Positions 1 through 9,297 of a DNA stretch of 64,000 nucleotides are shown piece by piece (the first letter of the stretch is position 1; the number at the start of each line of letters is the position of its first letter). Source of the DNA: Spirochaetota bacterium (GTDB lineage: Bacteria; Spirochaetota; UBA6919; CBDBPB01); assembly GCA_965208615.1 (NCBI GenBank), contig CBDBPB010000004.1, positions 320,001-384,000 on the forward strand, written 5' to 3'. A program made the translations under genes and the position numbers. A model generated the notes under the pieces. It saw only the letters and a list, made by a program, of their open reading frames with translations, was not told the origin of the DNA and ran no database searches.

Positions 1-550
1 AAAGCCAGATTATAATACTGCTACTCAATATATTAAGGCTAAGCGGTTTTTGTGGAATAGTGGTATGTTTATTTTTAAAACAGATAGTATGTTAGCTGAA
101 ATGAATAAGCATATGCCCGCTTTAGCTGAAGGGGTTAAAGAAATTAACTCTGCTATTGGCTCTCACAATGAAGATCAGGTTAAGCATAGGGTATTCAGTA
201 GAGTGGATAAGCTTTCAATCGATTATGGCATAATGGAAAAGACTAATAATATTTTGTGTATTAAATCATCCTTTGACTGGGATGACGTTGGCTCATGGAC
301 CTCTATTAACAGGTGGATCCCTTCTAATGAAGATGGGAATATAGCACTGGGACAGGTAATCAGTCATAATACTAAGGATTCCATTATTATTGGGGATAAT
401 AAGTCTATGGTTGCTGTTGTGGGAATGAGGGATGTCATTGTAGTTAAGGGTGATAACGGTTTTTTAGTTTGTGCTAAAAACTCGGATCAGGATATTAAAA
501 AGGTTTTGGCTAAGCTTAAACAAAATGAATCCTTTGATAACTTTTTATAA
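1..550 (+). CDS. manC: Mannose-1-phosphate guanylyltransferase, 3' part (begins before window)
   Basis: Frame open from nt 2 (KPDY...FLWNSGMF), with intact SIDYGIMEK and WDDVGSW motifs and C-terminal beta-helix. Confidence 0.9.
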   Translation, partial: KPDYNTATQYIKAKRFLWNSGMFIFKTDSMLAEMNKHMPALAEGVKEINSAIGSHNEDQVKHRVFSRVDKLSIDYGIMEKTNNILCIKSSFDWDDVGSWTSINRWIPSNEDGNIALGQVISHNTKDSIIIGDNKSMVAVVGMRDVIVVKGDNGFLVCAKNSDQDIKKVLAKLKQNESFDNFL

Positions 551-602
551 TATATATAGTTATATAATAGTTGGACTACTATAAGGCTGGTTATTTGTTT
601 TT

Positions 603-2477
603 ATGTGTGGGATTGTAGGTAAGCTCAATTTTGACGGCAAAGGTGTATCCAATGAGTTAATACAAAATATGACTAACTCAATATCATATAGGGGGCCTGA
701 CGACTACGGCATTTGGAACGATAACTATATTGCCCTTGGACATAGACGATTATCTATAATAGACTTATCCAAAGACGCTCATCAGCCTATGGTTAGCGAT
801 GATGGTAATTTGATAATTGTTTATAACGGAGAGATATATAATTTTAAGGATCTTAGATATAGGCTTATTAATAAGGGATATACTTTTCGCTCTAGCTCGG
901 ATACTGAGGTACTTTTATATTTGTATAAGGAATATGGTAAGGATTGTTTATCTTATCTTAGGGGGATGTTTGCATTTGCCATTTGGGATTCTAAGAATAA
1001 GACTTTATTTTTGGCAAGGGATCGCTTTGGTAAAAAACCGTTAAAATATTATATAGATGATAAATCCATTATATTTGCATCTGAGTTAAAGGCTATATTA
1101 AAGGATACTCAGGTTAAAAAAGAAGTGGATTATAATAGTATAAATCATTATTTAACTTTTCATTATATGCCATCTCCTTATACTGGTTTTAGGGGTATTT
1201 ATAAGCTTCCTCACTCGCATTATTTGATAGTTAAAAAGGGAAAATTATCCATACACAAATATTGGGATATAGACTATTCAAAAAAGACTATATTATCATC
1301 TTGTGACCTTAAACATGAAATAATTAACAGGCTTAAGGAATCCGTTAATTTGCGGATGATTAGTGATGTCCCTCTGGGAGCGTTTTTAAGCGGGGGAATT
1401 GATAGTAGTATAGTGGTTGCATTAATGAGTCAGATTAGTACTAACCCTGTAAAAACTTTTTCTATTGGTTTTGAGGAAGCTGATTATAGTGAACTTAGTT
1501 ATGCTAAGATGATTGCTAAGCGTTATAATACTGATCATCATGAGTTTATTGTTAAGGCTGATATGTCCATATTACCTAAGCTTGTATGGCATTATGAAGA
1601 GCCTTATGGTGATCCTTCTGCTTTACCTACCTATTATTTAGCTAAAATGACAAGGGATTATGTTACTGTTGCATTAAACGGTGATGGCGGGGATGAGAAC
1701 TTTGCTGGATATAAAAGATATCAGTGGATTAAAACGGCATACTATCTTATGAAATTACCTATTACTATAAGAAAGACTATAGTTTATGGGTTAAAGGCTA
1801 TTCAGCTGGGATATAATAATAATATACTAAAGCGTATATCCGAACTTATTAATAATATTGACAATAGTCTTATTAGAAATTATTTTAATACTATTTTATA
1901 TATTAGTGATAACCAAAAAAACAAGGCTTATACTCGTTATTTTAAGGAATTACTTAAGGGGGATAACTCCTTTAATATATTTACTAACTTATTAAATGAT
2001 AATAGTTTTACTGATCCCTTAGACCTGCCTTTATACATTGATTTTAGAACTTATGTTCCCGATGACCTTATGGTAAAAGTTGACATCTCCTCTATGGCAC
2101 ATTCTTTAGAGAGTCGTTCACCTTTATTGGATCATTTATTTGTTGAGTTTGCGGCTGGTATTAGAATGAAGAATAAGTTAACCGTTTTTGAGACTAAGAG
2201 TATTTTTAAAAAAGCTTTAAAGGACTATCTACCTAGTGATATTCTTTATAGAAAGAAAATGGGCTTTGGTATACCTATTGATAAATGGTTTAGAACAGAG
2301 TTAAAGGGCTTTCTTATGGATAATATTTTAAAGGATAATAGTTTTGTATTAGATATTTTAAAAAAGGATTATATTAATAGTATTATTAATGATCATCTTG
2401 ATAATAAAAGGGATAACTCATATATCCTTTGGGGATTACTAACTTTAGAGCTATGGCATGATATTTATTTTAACTAA
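603..2477 (+). CDS. asnB: Asparagine synthase (glutamine-hydrolysing) family amidotransferase, likely surface-glycan modification
   Basis: N-terminal MCGI Ntn cysteine, HRRLSIID, NGEIYN, LSGGIDSS, GDGGDE; glycan gene context. Confidence 0.93.
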   Translation: MCGIVGKLNFDGKGVSNELIQNMTNSISYRGPDDYGIWNDNYIALGHRRLSIIDLSKDAHQPMVSDDGNLIIVYNGEIYNFKDLRYRLINKGYTFRSSSDTEVLLYLYKEYGKDCLSYLRGMFAFAIWDSKNKTLFLARDRFGKKPLKYYIDDKSIIFASELKAILKDTQVKKEVDYNSINHYLTFHYMPSPYTGFRGIYKLPHSHYLIVKKGKLSIHKYWDIDYSKKTILSSCDLKHEIINRLKESVNLRMISDVPLGAFLSGGIDSSIVVALMSQISTNPVKTFSIGFEEADYSELSYAKMIAKRYNTDHHEFIVKADMSILPKLVWHYEEPYGDPSALPTYYLAKMTRDYVTVALNGDGGDENFAGYKRYQWIKTAYYLMKLPITIRKTIVYGLKAIQLGYNNNILKRISELINNIDNSLIRNYFNTILYISDNQKNKAYTRYFKELLKGDNSFNIFTNLLNDNSFTDPLDLPLYIDFRTYVPDDLMVKVDISSMAHSLESRSPLLDHLFVEFAAGIRMKNKLTVFETKSIFKKALKDYLPSDILYRKKMGFGIPIDKWFRTELKGFLMDNILKDNSFVLDILKKDYINSIINDHLDNKRDNSYILWGLLTLELWHDIYFN

Positions 2478-2489
2478 TTAAAGGGCATT

Positions 2490-4067
2490 TTGGTGATACA
2501 AATAATTTATAACAACAGAAAAGCTATTATATTTTTGTTTATAGCTTTAATTGCCTTTATACAAAGGGGTTCTACTCTATTTATAGAGTTTTATGATGTT
2601 GATGAGATAACAGATGTTTTAATGACTAGTGAGATTATGCTTGGTGGAGAGCCTTATGTTGATGCAGTCCCTGGTAGGCCTTTCTATTTTCTATTTTTTT
2701 ATATAAGCTTTTGTATTGTTGGTATAGGCAATATTTTAGGCTTACACTTTATGACTATTTTAGTGATAGTTGCTACCGCATATTTTTTATATAGGGCTAA
2801 TAAAGTACTTTTTAATGAGAAAGCGGGTTATTTTGCCGCTTTATTTTATGTAATATTTGTATCCGGCTTTCTTGAGCATTACTTAGCTAGTCACGGTGAG
2901 ACCGTAATGAACTTGCCATCATCTATCTCATTTTATCTTTTTGTATTAGCCGCTAAGGTCGAAAAGAAATATAAATCTTATTTGTGTTATTTTTTATCTG
3001 GCTCTTTATTATTAATTGCTTTTTTAACTAAAGGACACTCCGGACTTATAATGATTGCTTACGGAGTTTATCTGGTTATTATTAAACCAATTAAGACTAA
3101 AGAATTTTATAATAATGCTCTATCACTTTTATTTATTGTGTTTGGATTTATGGGCATAGTTATCCTAGTTTATTTTATTAAGCCTCAGTTAGTTGGTATG
3201 ATAACGGGTTATGTTAGTGGTAATATTGGCTATATATCTGTGGGTATTAATAATATAGCTATTTTACCTTTTATTAATAAGGCTATTTTAAAGCTTGGTC
3301 AGAATATGCTTTTTCAGTTACCTTTATGGCTTTTGACTATTTATTTTTTAATTAGGAATAGATTATCCATAAAAAAAGACTTAAGGGTTTTATTACTCTT
3401 GGCTTATCTCGTTGTAAGCTTTTTGGGTATATTCTTAGGAGGTGATCGCCTTTATAACCATTATTTTATACAATATATACCAGCTCTTTGTCTTATAGCT
3501 GGATATAGCCTTGTTAGACTTATGGAGTTGTCATTTAATCATAGAATAAAGGTATTAGTTAATATTTTGTTAGTTATGTCTATTATGATTAATGTTTTGT
3601 GGAATTATACTAATGGATTTTTATCTCATTTTAGTCCTAGTAAGGTTTGGACTCAGAATCACGCTATTATACCAAGAGCTCATTATATTGGTGTTAGTAA
3701 CTGGATCCAAAAAAATAGTACTATAACTGATAAGATTTTGGTATGGGGTGATATTGTTGAAATATACTATTTTTCTAATCGTAGGCCTGGTATTAGGTTT
3801 TTGTGGTGTTCGGCTTATGCCAAAAGTTATAATAGTGGTCTAACTCGGTCGATTAATAATGCTAATTCTGCTATTAGTTCTGTCATTACTGATCTGGATA
3901 AAAAAAAGCCTCGTTATTTTATTGATACAGCTCCTAGTGGTGTAAGATCTTTTGGAAGTTATCCCCTTAAAGGTATGCCCATTTTGTATAATTATATTAA
4001 AAAGCACTATCAACATGTTAATACGATAAATAAAATGGATATTTATCAAAGAAAGTCTTTTTTTTAA
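2490..4067 (+). CDS. GT-C fold (ArnT/PMT-like) membrane glycosyltransferase
   Basis: Many TM segments, DE motif in first loop (YDVDE), PYVD, YNHYFIQYIP, WG...IYYFSNR. Confidence 0.7.
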   Translation: MVIQIIYNNRKAIIFLFIALIAFIQRGSTLFIEFYDVDEITDVLMTSEIMLGGEPYVDAVPGRPFYFLFFYISFCIVGIGNILGLHFMTILVIVATAYFLYRANKVLFNEKAGYFAALFYVIFVSGFLEHYLASHGETVMNLPSSISFYLFVLAAKVEKKYKSYLCYFLSGSLLLIAFLTKGHSGLIMIAYGVYLVIIKPIKTKEFYNNALSLLFIVFGFMGIVILVYFIKPQLVGMITGYVSGNIGYISVGINNIAILPFINKAILKLGQNMLFQLPLWLLTIYFLIRNRLSIKKDLRVLLLLAYLVVSFLGIFLGGDRLYNHYFIQYIPALCLIAGYSLVRLMELSFNHRIKVLVNILLVMSIMINVLWNYTNGFLSHFSPSKVWTQNHAIIPRAHYIGVSNWIQKNSTITDKILVWGDIVEIYYFSNRRPGIRFLWCSAYAKSYNSGLTRSINNANSAISSVITDLDKKKPRYFIDTAPSGVRSFGSYPLKGMPILYNYIKKHYQHVNTINKMDIYQRKSFF

Positions 4068-4250
4068 AATCCAAAACCAGCATAGACCTACTTTAACGAA
4101 TTTGTTTTTTAGCATATTATAAATCTTGACATATACAAAATACTTATTACCTTTCCTAATAATAAAGCTATAACTAAAAGTTAACATGATTTATTAATAG
4201 GCTAAGTCTTTATTTCAACTAATTACAATTACATAATCTAAAATATCATT

Positions 4251-5351
4251 ATGAATAATAATGGAATATCTAATTATAAGCGAGGCCTATTAATATTTGT
4301 AATCATTTCGTTAATAACTTTATTCTTGCTTTTTTTAAGTGGAGATATATCACTATTAACCTTAAAAAAAGGAATCAAAAACTTTAATCCACTATACCTT
4401 CCCATTTTATGCCTACTTATGGTCATTCATATTTTAGTTGACTGTATTCGTTTAAAAGTTATTGCTTGGGGAATAAATACTAAACTATCACTTAAGACTG
4501 GTTGGAACGCTTATTTAGCAAATGAGTTTTTATCAGCGGTTACTCCTTTTCAGTCTGGCGGCCAGCCTATCGAAATATATATTCTGCATAAAAGCGGTAT
4601 TTCTCTGGGCAAGTCTGTCGTAATTTCATATTTTAAAACTGCAACTTCTTTATTATTCCTCTTACTAACTGGTTGTTATGCCATAATAAGCTATGAACCC
4701 CTTAGTAATTTTGGACATCTAACTTTCTTTTATATTTACGGTGGAGGATTCATAATATATTTTATTATTATATCATATCTTTCGGTATTCAAGCCATCTT
4801 TTGCCAAAAAGCTGAGTTTTATAGGCATGAAGTTTCTAAAAAGAATTCGTATAGTAAAAAAGGATTCTTTTAATAGTCGTCTAAAGTTTATCTTGAAAGA
4901 AGTTAACAACTTTAACCACTATATAAAGAACTATTTTCTCACTAAAAAACTAAACATACTACTAACCCTAATAATAACCTTTATATCTTGGACTACAAAA
5001 TACTTAATAGCCTATTTTATAGCTATTGGAATGGGTATAAAACTGGCTATATTAGATTTATTATTATTCCAATCAGCAATCCACTTTGTTAACTACTCCA
5101 TCCCTACTCCAGGTGCAAGTGGTACAAGTGAATTAGTAGCTCATAGCATATTTAAATTTTTAAGTCCAGTTTTTGCTAGTGGGGTAATACTAAATCTTTT
5201 CGTAACTCTATGGAGGTTTTTTACTTATCATATACTCATAATTGTTTCAGGCTTGGCTACGTTTAAAATCATTAAAGATAGACTAAAAGTTAAAAACCAT
5301 AGTATAGAAACAAAAAATGAAATAATTTATAATTCTAATGTGTCAAAGTAG
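4251..5351 (+). CDS. Lysylphosphatidylglycerol synthase TM-region / UPF0104 flippase-like protein
   Basis: AVTPFQSGGQP, PTPGASGTSE, WRFFTY motifs. Confidence 0.85.
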   Translation: MNNNGISNYKRGLLIFVIISLITLFLLFLSGDISLLTLKKGIKNFNPLYLPILCLLMVIHILVDCIRLKVIAWGINTKLSLKTGWNAYLANEFLSAVTPFQSGGQPIEIYILHKSGISLGKSVVISYFKTATSLLFLLLTGCYAIISYEPLSNFGHLTFFYIYGGGFIIYFIIISYLSVFKPSFAKKLSFIGMKFLKRIRIVKKDSFNSRLKFILKEVNNFNHYIKNYFLTKKLNILLTLIITFISWTTKYLIAYFIAIGMGIKLAILDLLLFQSAIHFVNYSIPTPGASGTSELVAHSIFKFLSPVFASGVILNLFVTLWRFFTYHILIIVSGLATFKIIKDRLKVKNHSIETKNEIIYNSNVSK

Positions 5352-6454
5352 AGTTGTTCATACTGATCTACTATTTTGTTAATGTTAAAATATTTTATAG
5401 CCCGTGCTCTTCCGTTTTGACTAAGGTGTTTATGTAAATCTGAATTAGTTAATACTTCTATTGCTTTTTCAGCCATTGAGTTAAAGTCATCTGGGTTGAA
5501 TGTAAACCCTGTTTCTCCGTGTTGAACTACTTCTGATATACCCCCAACATTAGACGATATAGTTGGTACTCCACAACTCATAGCCTCTAACAAAGATAGA
5601 CCAAAACTTTCTGTTTTACTGGTTAGCATAAATAAATCTGCGGATGGTAATAAATCTTCCACTAATTCTACCTTACCCAAAAAGCATATTTTATCTAATA
5701 TACCCAATTTATTAGCCAGTTTTCTAACGGTGGATATTTCTGTTCCATCTCCTATTAATACCAATCGTGCATTAACCTTTTTTAAAATGAGATTATAAGC
5801 TTTTATTAGTATCGTTATATTTTTGACTGGTCTAAAATTAGATATATGTAAAATAAACTTATATCCTCCTTCAAACAAAGGACATTGTATATCCCTTTTG
5901 TTAGGAGAGAATTTATTAGTATCCACAAAGTTGGGGATAACAGAAATATCTTTGTTAATTTTAAACTTATCAATGGTTGCCTGTTTAAGGTAGTTAGATA
6001 CTGTACTAACCTTATCACTTTCTATAATGCCAAATTTTACCATTTTATGATATGAGTGTTCTATTCCAACCAGGGTTATGTCTGTACCATGCAGGGTAGT
6101 AACAAACTTTATACTACTATCCCTCAATATTTGACGGGATAGATAAGCGCAAATTGAATGTGGTATAGCATAGTGAACATGAAGAATATCTAATTTATTA
6201 GCCTCACAAACTTCGATAATCTTGGAAGTTAGAGCCAAAGTATAAGGTGGATACTTAAATAGGGGATAGTTTTGAACATCCACCTCGTGAAACTGGATGT
6301 TTTGATGAAAGCCAGTTAAACGAAAAGGTGTTTCATAGCTTATAAAGTTAATAGAATGTCCTCTATTAGCCAGGTTAATCCCTAACTCAGTAGCTATTAT
6401 ACCGCTACCACCATAGCTGGGATAACAAACAATACCAATCTTTAGCTTATTCAT
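5327..6454 (-). CDS. bshA: N-acetyl-alpha-D-glucosaminyl L-malate synthase
   Basis: KIGIVCYPSYGGSG, HVHYAIPH, TTLHGTDIT, HISNFRPVK, ESFGL; start set at MNKLK overlapping bshC end. Confidence 0.95.
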   Translation of the reverse strand: MNKLKIGIVCYPSYGGSGIIATELGINLANRGHSINFISYETPFRLTGFHQNIQFHEVDVQNYPLFKYPPYTLALTSKIIEVCEANKLDILHVHYAIPHSICAYLSRQILRDSSIKFVTTLHGTDITLVGIEHSYHKMVKFGIIESDKVSTVSNYLKQATIDKFKINKDISVIPNFVDTNKFSPNKRDIQCPLFEGGYKFILHISNFRPVKNITILIKAYNLILKKVNARLVLIGDGTEISTVRKLANKLGILDKICFLGKVELVEDLLPSADLFMLTSKTESFGLSLLEAMSCGVPTISSNVGGISEVVQHGETGFTFNPDDFNSMAEKAIEVLTNSDLHKHLSQNGRARAIKYFNINKIVDQYEQLYFDTLEL

Positions 6455-8063
6455 AATACAGAACCTGATGAGAAAAATCATTAATATCTACATTACTAAT
6501 TATCTCCGATAAAAGATTTAGTCCGTAATAGTTAATATAATAAAAGTAGTTAAAAACTCTTTCTTGAGGCCTAATACGGGGTATTACAGCATTATTTAGT
6601 CTTACTATTTGATTCTTTGATATACCCAGATTCTCTTCTAGCCTTTTAATATATTTAGCCTTAACTTTCTTACCTTCACTTAATATCTTATTTAAAGAAG
6701 GTCTTATGCTATCTATTACGTTTTGTCCCTGTTTTTCTGCCATTAAGGTTAAATCTTTTATATTTCTTTCTATATTAAGGATAAATATATTTATTATGTC
6801 ATCCGAGGTGTTAAATAGCGGATTAGCCTTTATAGAATTATTATTTAGTATATCTATTATAGTTAATCCAAATTTATTTTGTATCTTTTGATATCTTTTC
6901 TCAAAAAGAGTAATACTAATACGCGGATAGATTACAGGAAGCCTTTTGTTAAAAAGAGCATATACACTTTTTAGCTGAGAAAAATAATTGATCTCACCCG
7001 GACCAGCTATATAAACAGCATTAGGAAAAAGATAATCTTGGACTATTGGCCTTAGAACTACGTTATGAGAAAATAAATGGGGATCATTAACTATTTTAAG
7101 TTTAAGTTCCTCTAAGGAAAAGGAAAGTTGATTCTTTTTATTTTCAAATAGATTGCTATTCTCATTCCATATTAGCTTTAGCCTAGCTTTATTATGATGA
7201 TAGAATAAGTTAAGCCCATTACTATTATTTATAGCGGGGTTATACCCTAGTTTAGTTAGCTTTTTCGAGGACTCAGTAATAAGTTTATTAATTTCACTAT
7301 TTTTGTTTAGGGCTAATAAGCTAATGTCAATACTAAGTTTTCTTAGGATATTAGGTTCTACAATAATAAGTCCGTAATCTTTAAAGACTTCACTAATCAG
7401 ATGTATGAACGAATCTAAAAGACTATTACTTTTCTCTTTCACTAATGAATACATACTTGATGAGAACTCAGTTTTATGCCATTTATCCTTAAGGATGTTT
7501 AGAAAATTGTATATCTCATCCTTTAGATCAATATCCTTTATAGAAAAGCCTTTATCCTCTATATCAAGGGATAGGGATTCTATTTCATTATTTAAGCTAG
7601 AAAAGCTTAGATTATTAACTTCGTTTAAATCATGATCCTCTGAGGCCACCCAAAATATAGGTATAAACTTTTTATTCAAACTTTTATTTAGCTTATCAGC
7701 CAGCAGAATAGCAGATATTCCTTTGTAGATAGTATAAAGTGGACCAGTCAAAAGACCACATTGCTGACCAGTAATAATTGTATAGCAATCATTATCAACT
7801 AAACAATTTAGGTTATCCATAACCTTTGGATGATTATTTTTTTCTTTGTTAAAGTCGTATAAAACTTTATATAGCTCTTTTCTTTGATCAGAAGATAGTT
7901 TATTTTGTTCAGCGGCATCATTAATGCTATCGACCGATCTATAATCAAAGTCATAAAATGATTTAACTTTATCATAATTAGTTAGGTATTCATTAGATAT
8001 AGAGTTTTGTGAGTGAAAAAGCCTTAACTTTGAATAGGGTATCTTAATATTTTTCGAAAACAT
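6447..8063 (-). CDS. bshC: Bacillithiol biosynthesis cysteine-adding enzyme
   Basis: ITGQQCGLLTGPLYTIYK, FWVASEDHD, NVVLRPIVQD, GPGEINYF, PQER. Confidence 0.93.
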   Translation of the reverse strand: MFSKNIKIPYSKLRLFHSQNSISNEYLTNYDKVKSFYDFDYRSVDSINDAAEQNKLSSDQRKELYKVLYDFNKEKNNHPKVMDNLNCLVDNDCYTIITGQQCGLLTGPLYTIYKGISAILLADKLNKSLNKKFIPIFWVASEDHDLNEVNNLSFSSLNNEIESLSLDIEDKGFSIKDIDLKDEIYNFLNILKDKWHKTEFSSSMYSLVKEKSNSLLDSFIHLISEVFKDYGLIIVEPNILRKLSIDISLLALNKNSEINKLITESSKKLTKLGYNPAINNSNGLNLFYHHNKARLKLIWNENSNLFENKKNQLSFSLEELKLKIVNDPHLFSHNVVLRPIVQDYLFPNAVYIAGPGEINYFSQLKSVYALFNKRLPVIYPRISITLFEKRYQKIQNKFGLTIIDILNNNSIKANPLFNTSDDIINIFILNIERNIKDLTLMAEKQGQNVIDSIRPSLNKILSEGKKVKAKYIKRLEENLGISKNQIVRLNNAVIPRIRPQERVFNYFYYINYYGLNLLSEIISNVDINDFSHQVLYYE

Positions 8064-8140
8064 ATTTTATTTATACTATCCTTGTTTTTTTTTATAAGCT
8101 ATGATCAAGAAATAGGTTAGCAGTAGAAAAGTAAAACCAG

Positions 8141-8749
8141 CTAATTCTTAATATTAACAAGGATATTAAAAAGGTTTATGGAATCTTGCTTATCCCACTC
8201 AAGCTCACGTTCTATAACTGATATAATATAACCTTTTTTATCTATAATAAAAGTTGTAGGAAAGCCATTTAACCCTAAGGTATTATATAGTTCATAAATA
8301 TTTTTATTTATGTCGTGTATTATAGTAAAGGTTAGTTTATGCTTTTTTACAAAGTCAGATATAACCTTTTTACCATCATCCACAGAGACCGCAACCATTA
8401 AAAAATCTTTTCCTTTCATTTTGTTATGGAGTTTTTCCATTGATGGCATCTCAACAACACATGGAATACACCATGTTGCCCAGAAATTAAGAAATACTAT
8501 TTTTCCTTGTTGTTCTTTTAGACTAAAGTTTTGTCCGTTTAAATCCTTAGAGTTAAAGTTTAGAGCCTTTTTTTTATATATAATGGGATTAATTCCCAGT
8601 TTTGCAAAGGCTATATCCAGTTGTTCACTTCCAGTTAGATTTGATGTATTCTGCTGTTTTATTTTAATGCTATTTTTTCGTTGTTCGCATGACATGACGT
8701 TTAATGAAGATAAACAAATTATTAATATTGTTAAATATATATTTTTCAT
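8141..8749 (-). CDS. TlpA/ResA-family thiol-disulfide oxidoreductase, lipoprotein
   Basis: NFWATWCIPC, cis-Pro PTTFIID, lipobox-like VMSC. Confidence 0.9.
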   Translation of the reverse strand: MKNIYLTILIICLSSLNVMSCEQRKNSIKIKQQNTSNLTGSEQLDIAFAKLGINPIIYKKKALNFNSKDLNGQNFSLKEQQGKIVFLNFWATWCIPCVVEMPSMEKLHNKMKGKDFLMVAVSVDDGKKVISDFVKKHKLTFTIIHDINKNIYELYNTLGLNGFPTTFIIDKKGYIISVIERELEWDKQDSINLFNILVNIKN

Positions 8750-8977
8750 ATAGTTATATCCTTATTAAGCATCCACTATTATAGATATAAGTGGTTAATT
8801 GTTAATGTTAACATTTCAAATAAAATAATTATTTTATAAGGGTTAATCAAGTAAATTTATTTTAGTTAAAAAAATTACATCGCTATACAGATATTTAAAT
8901 TTATAAAAAAAACATTATTAAAAACTTGTATATCTCAAAATAAACCAAATATATATCTATAAGATTAGGACCATAAA

Positions 8978-9148
8978 ATGACTAAATATGAATGCTTAAA
9001 ATGCGGATATGTTTATAACCCCTATGAGGGAGATAAATTTAATGATATTAAACCAGGGATCCCTTTTGAGGGATTAGCGGATTATTGGGTTTGTCCAAAG
9101 TGTTCTTCGGATAAAAATAATTTTGAACCAGTATTTGAAGAATATTAA
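8978..9148 (+). CDS. Rubredoxin (56 aa; not in ORF track)
   Basis: MTKYECLKCGYVYNP...PGIPFEGLADYWVCPKC; AGGA RBS at 8967. Confidence 0.93.
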   Translation: MTKYECLKCGYVYNPYEGDKFNDIKPGIPFEGLADYWVCPKCSSDKNNFEPVFEEY

Positions 9149-9297
9149 ACTATAGTGTTGTTAGCCTATAACGATAAAAGTTCTTGAGAAAGCAAATTTA
9201 AATATATAAAAATTATATATATTTATTTGTTAAATTTTATATTATAAAGTTACTTTTTATTATAATTAGATTATTTTTTAAGTATAATAGCAAAAGG

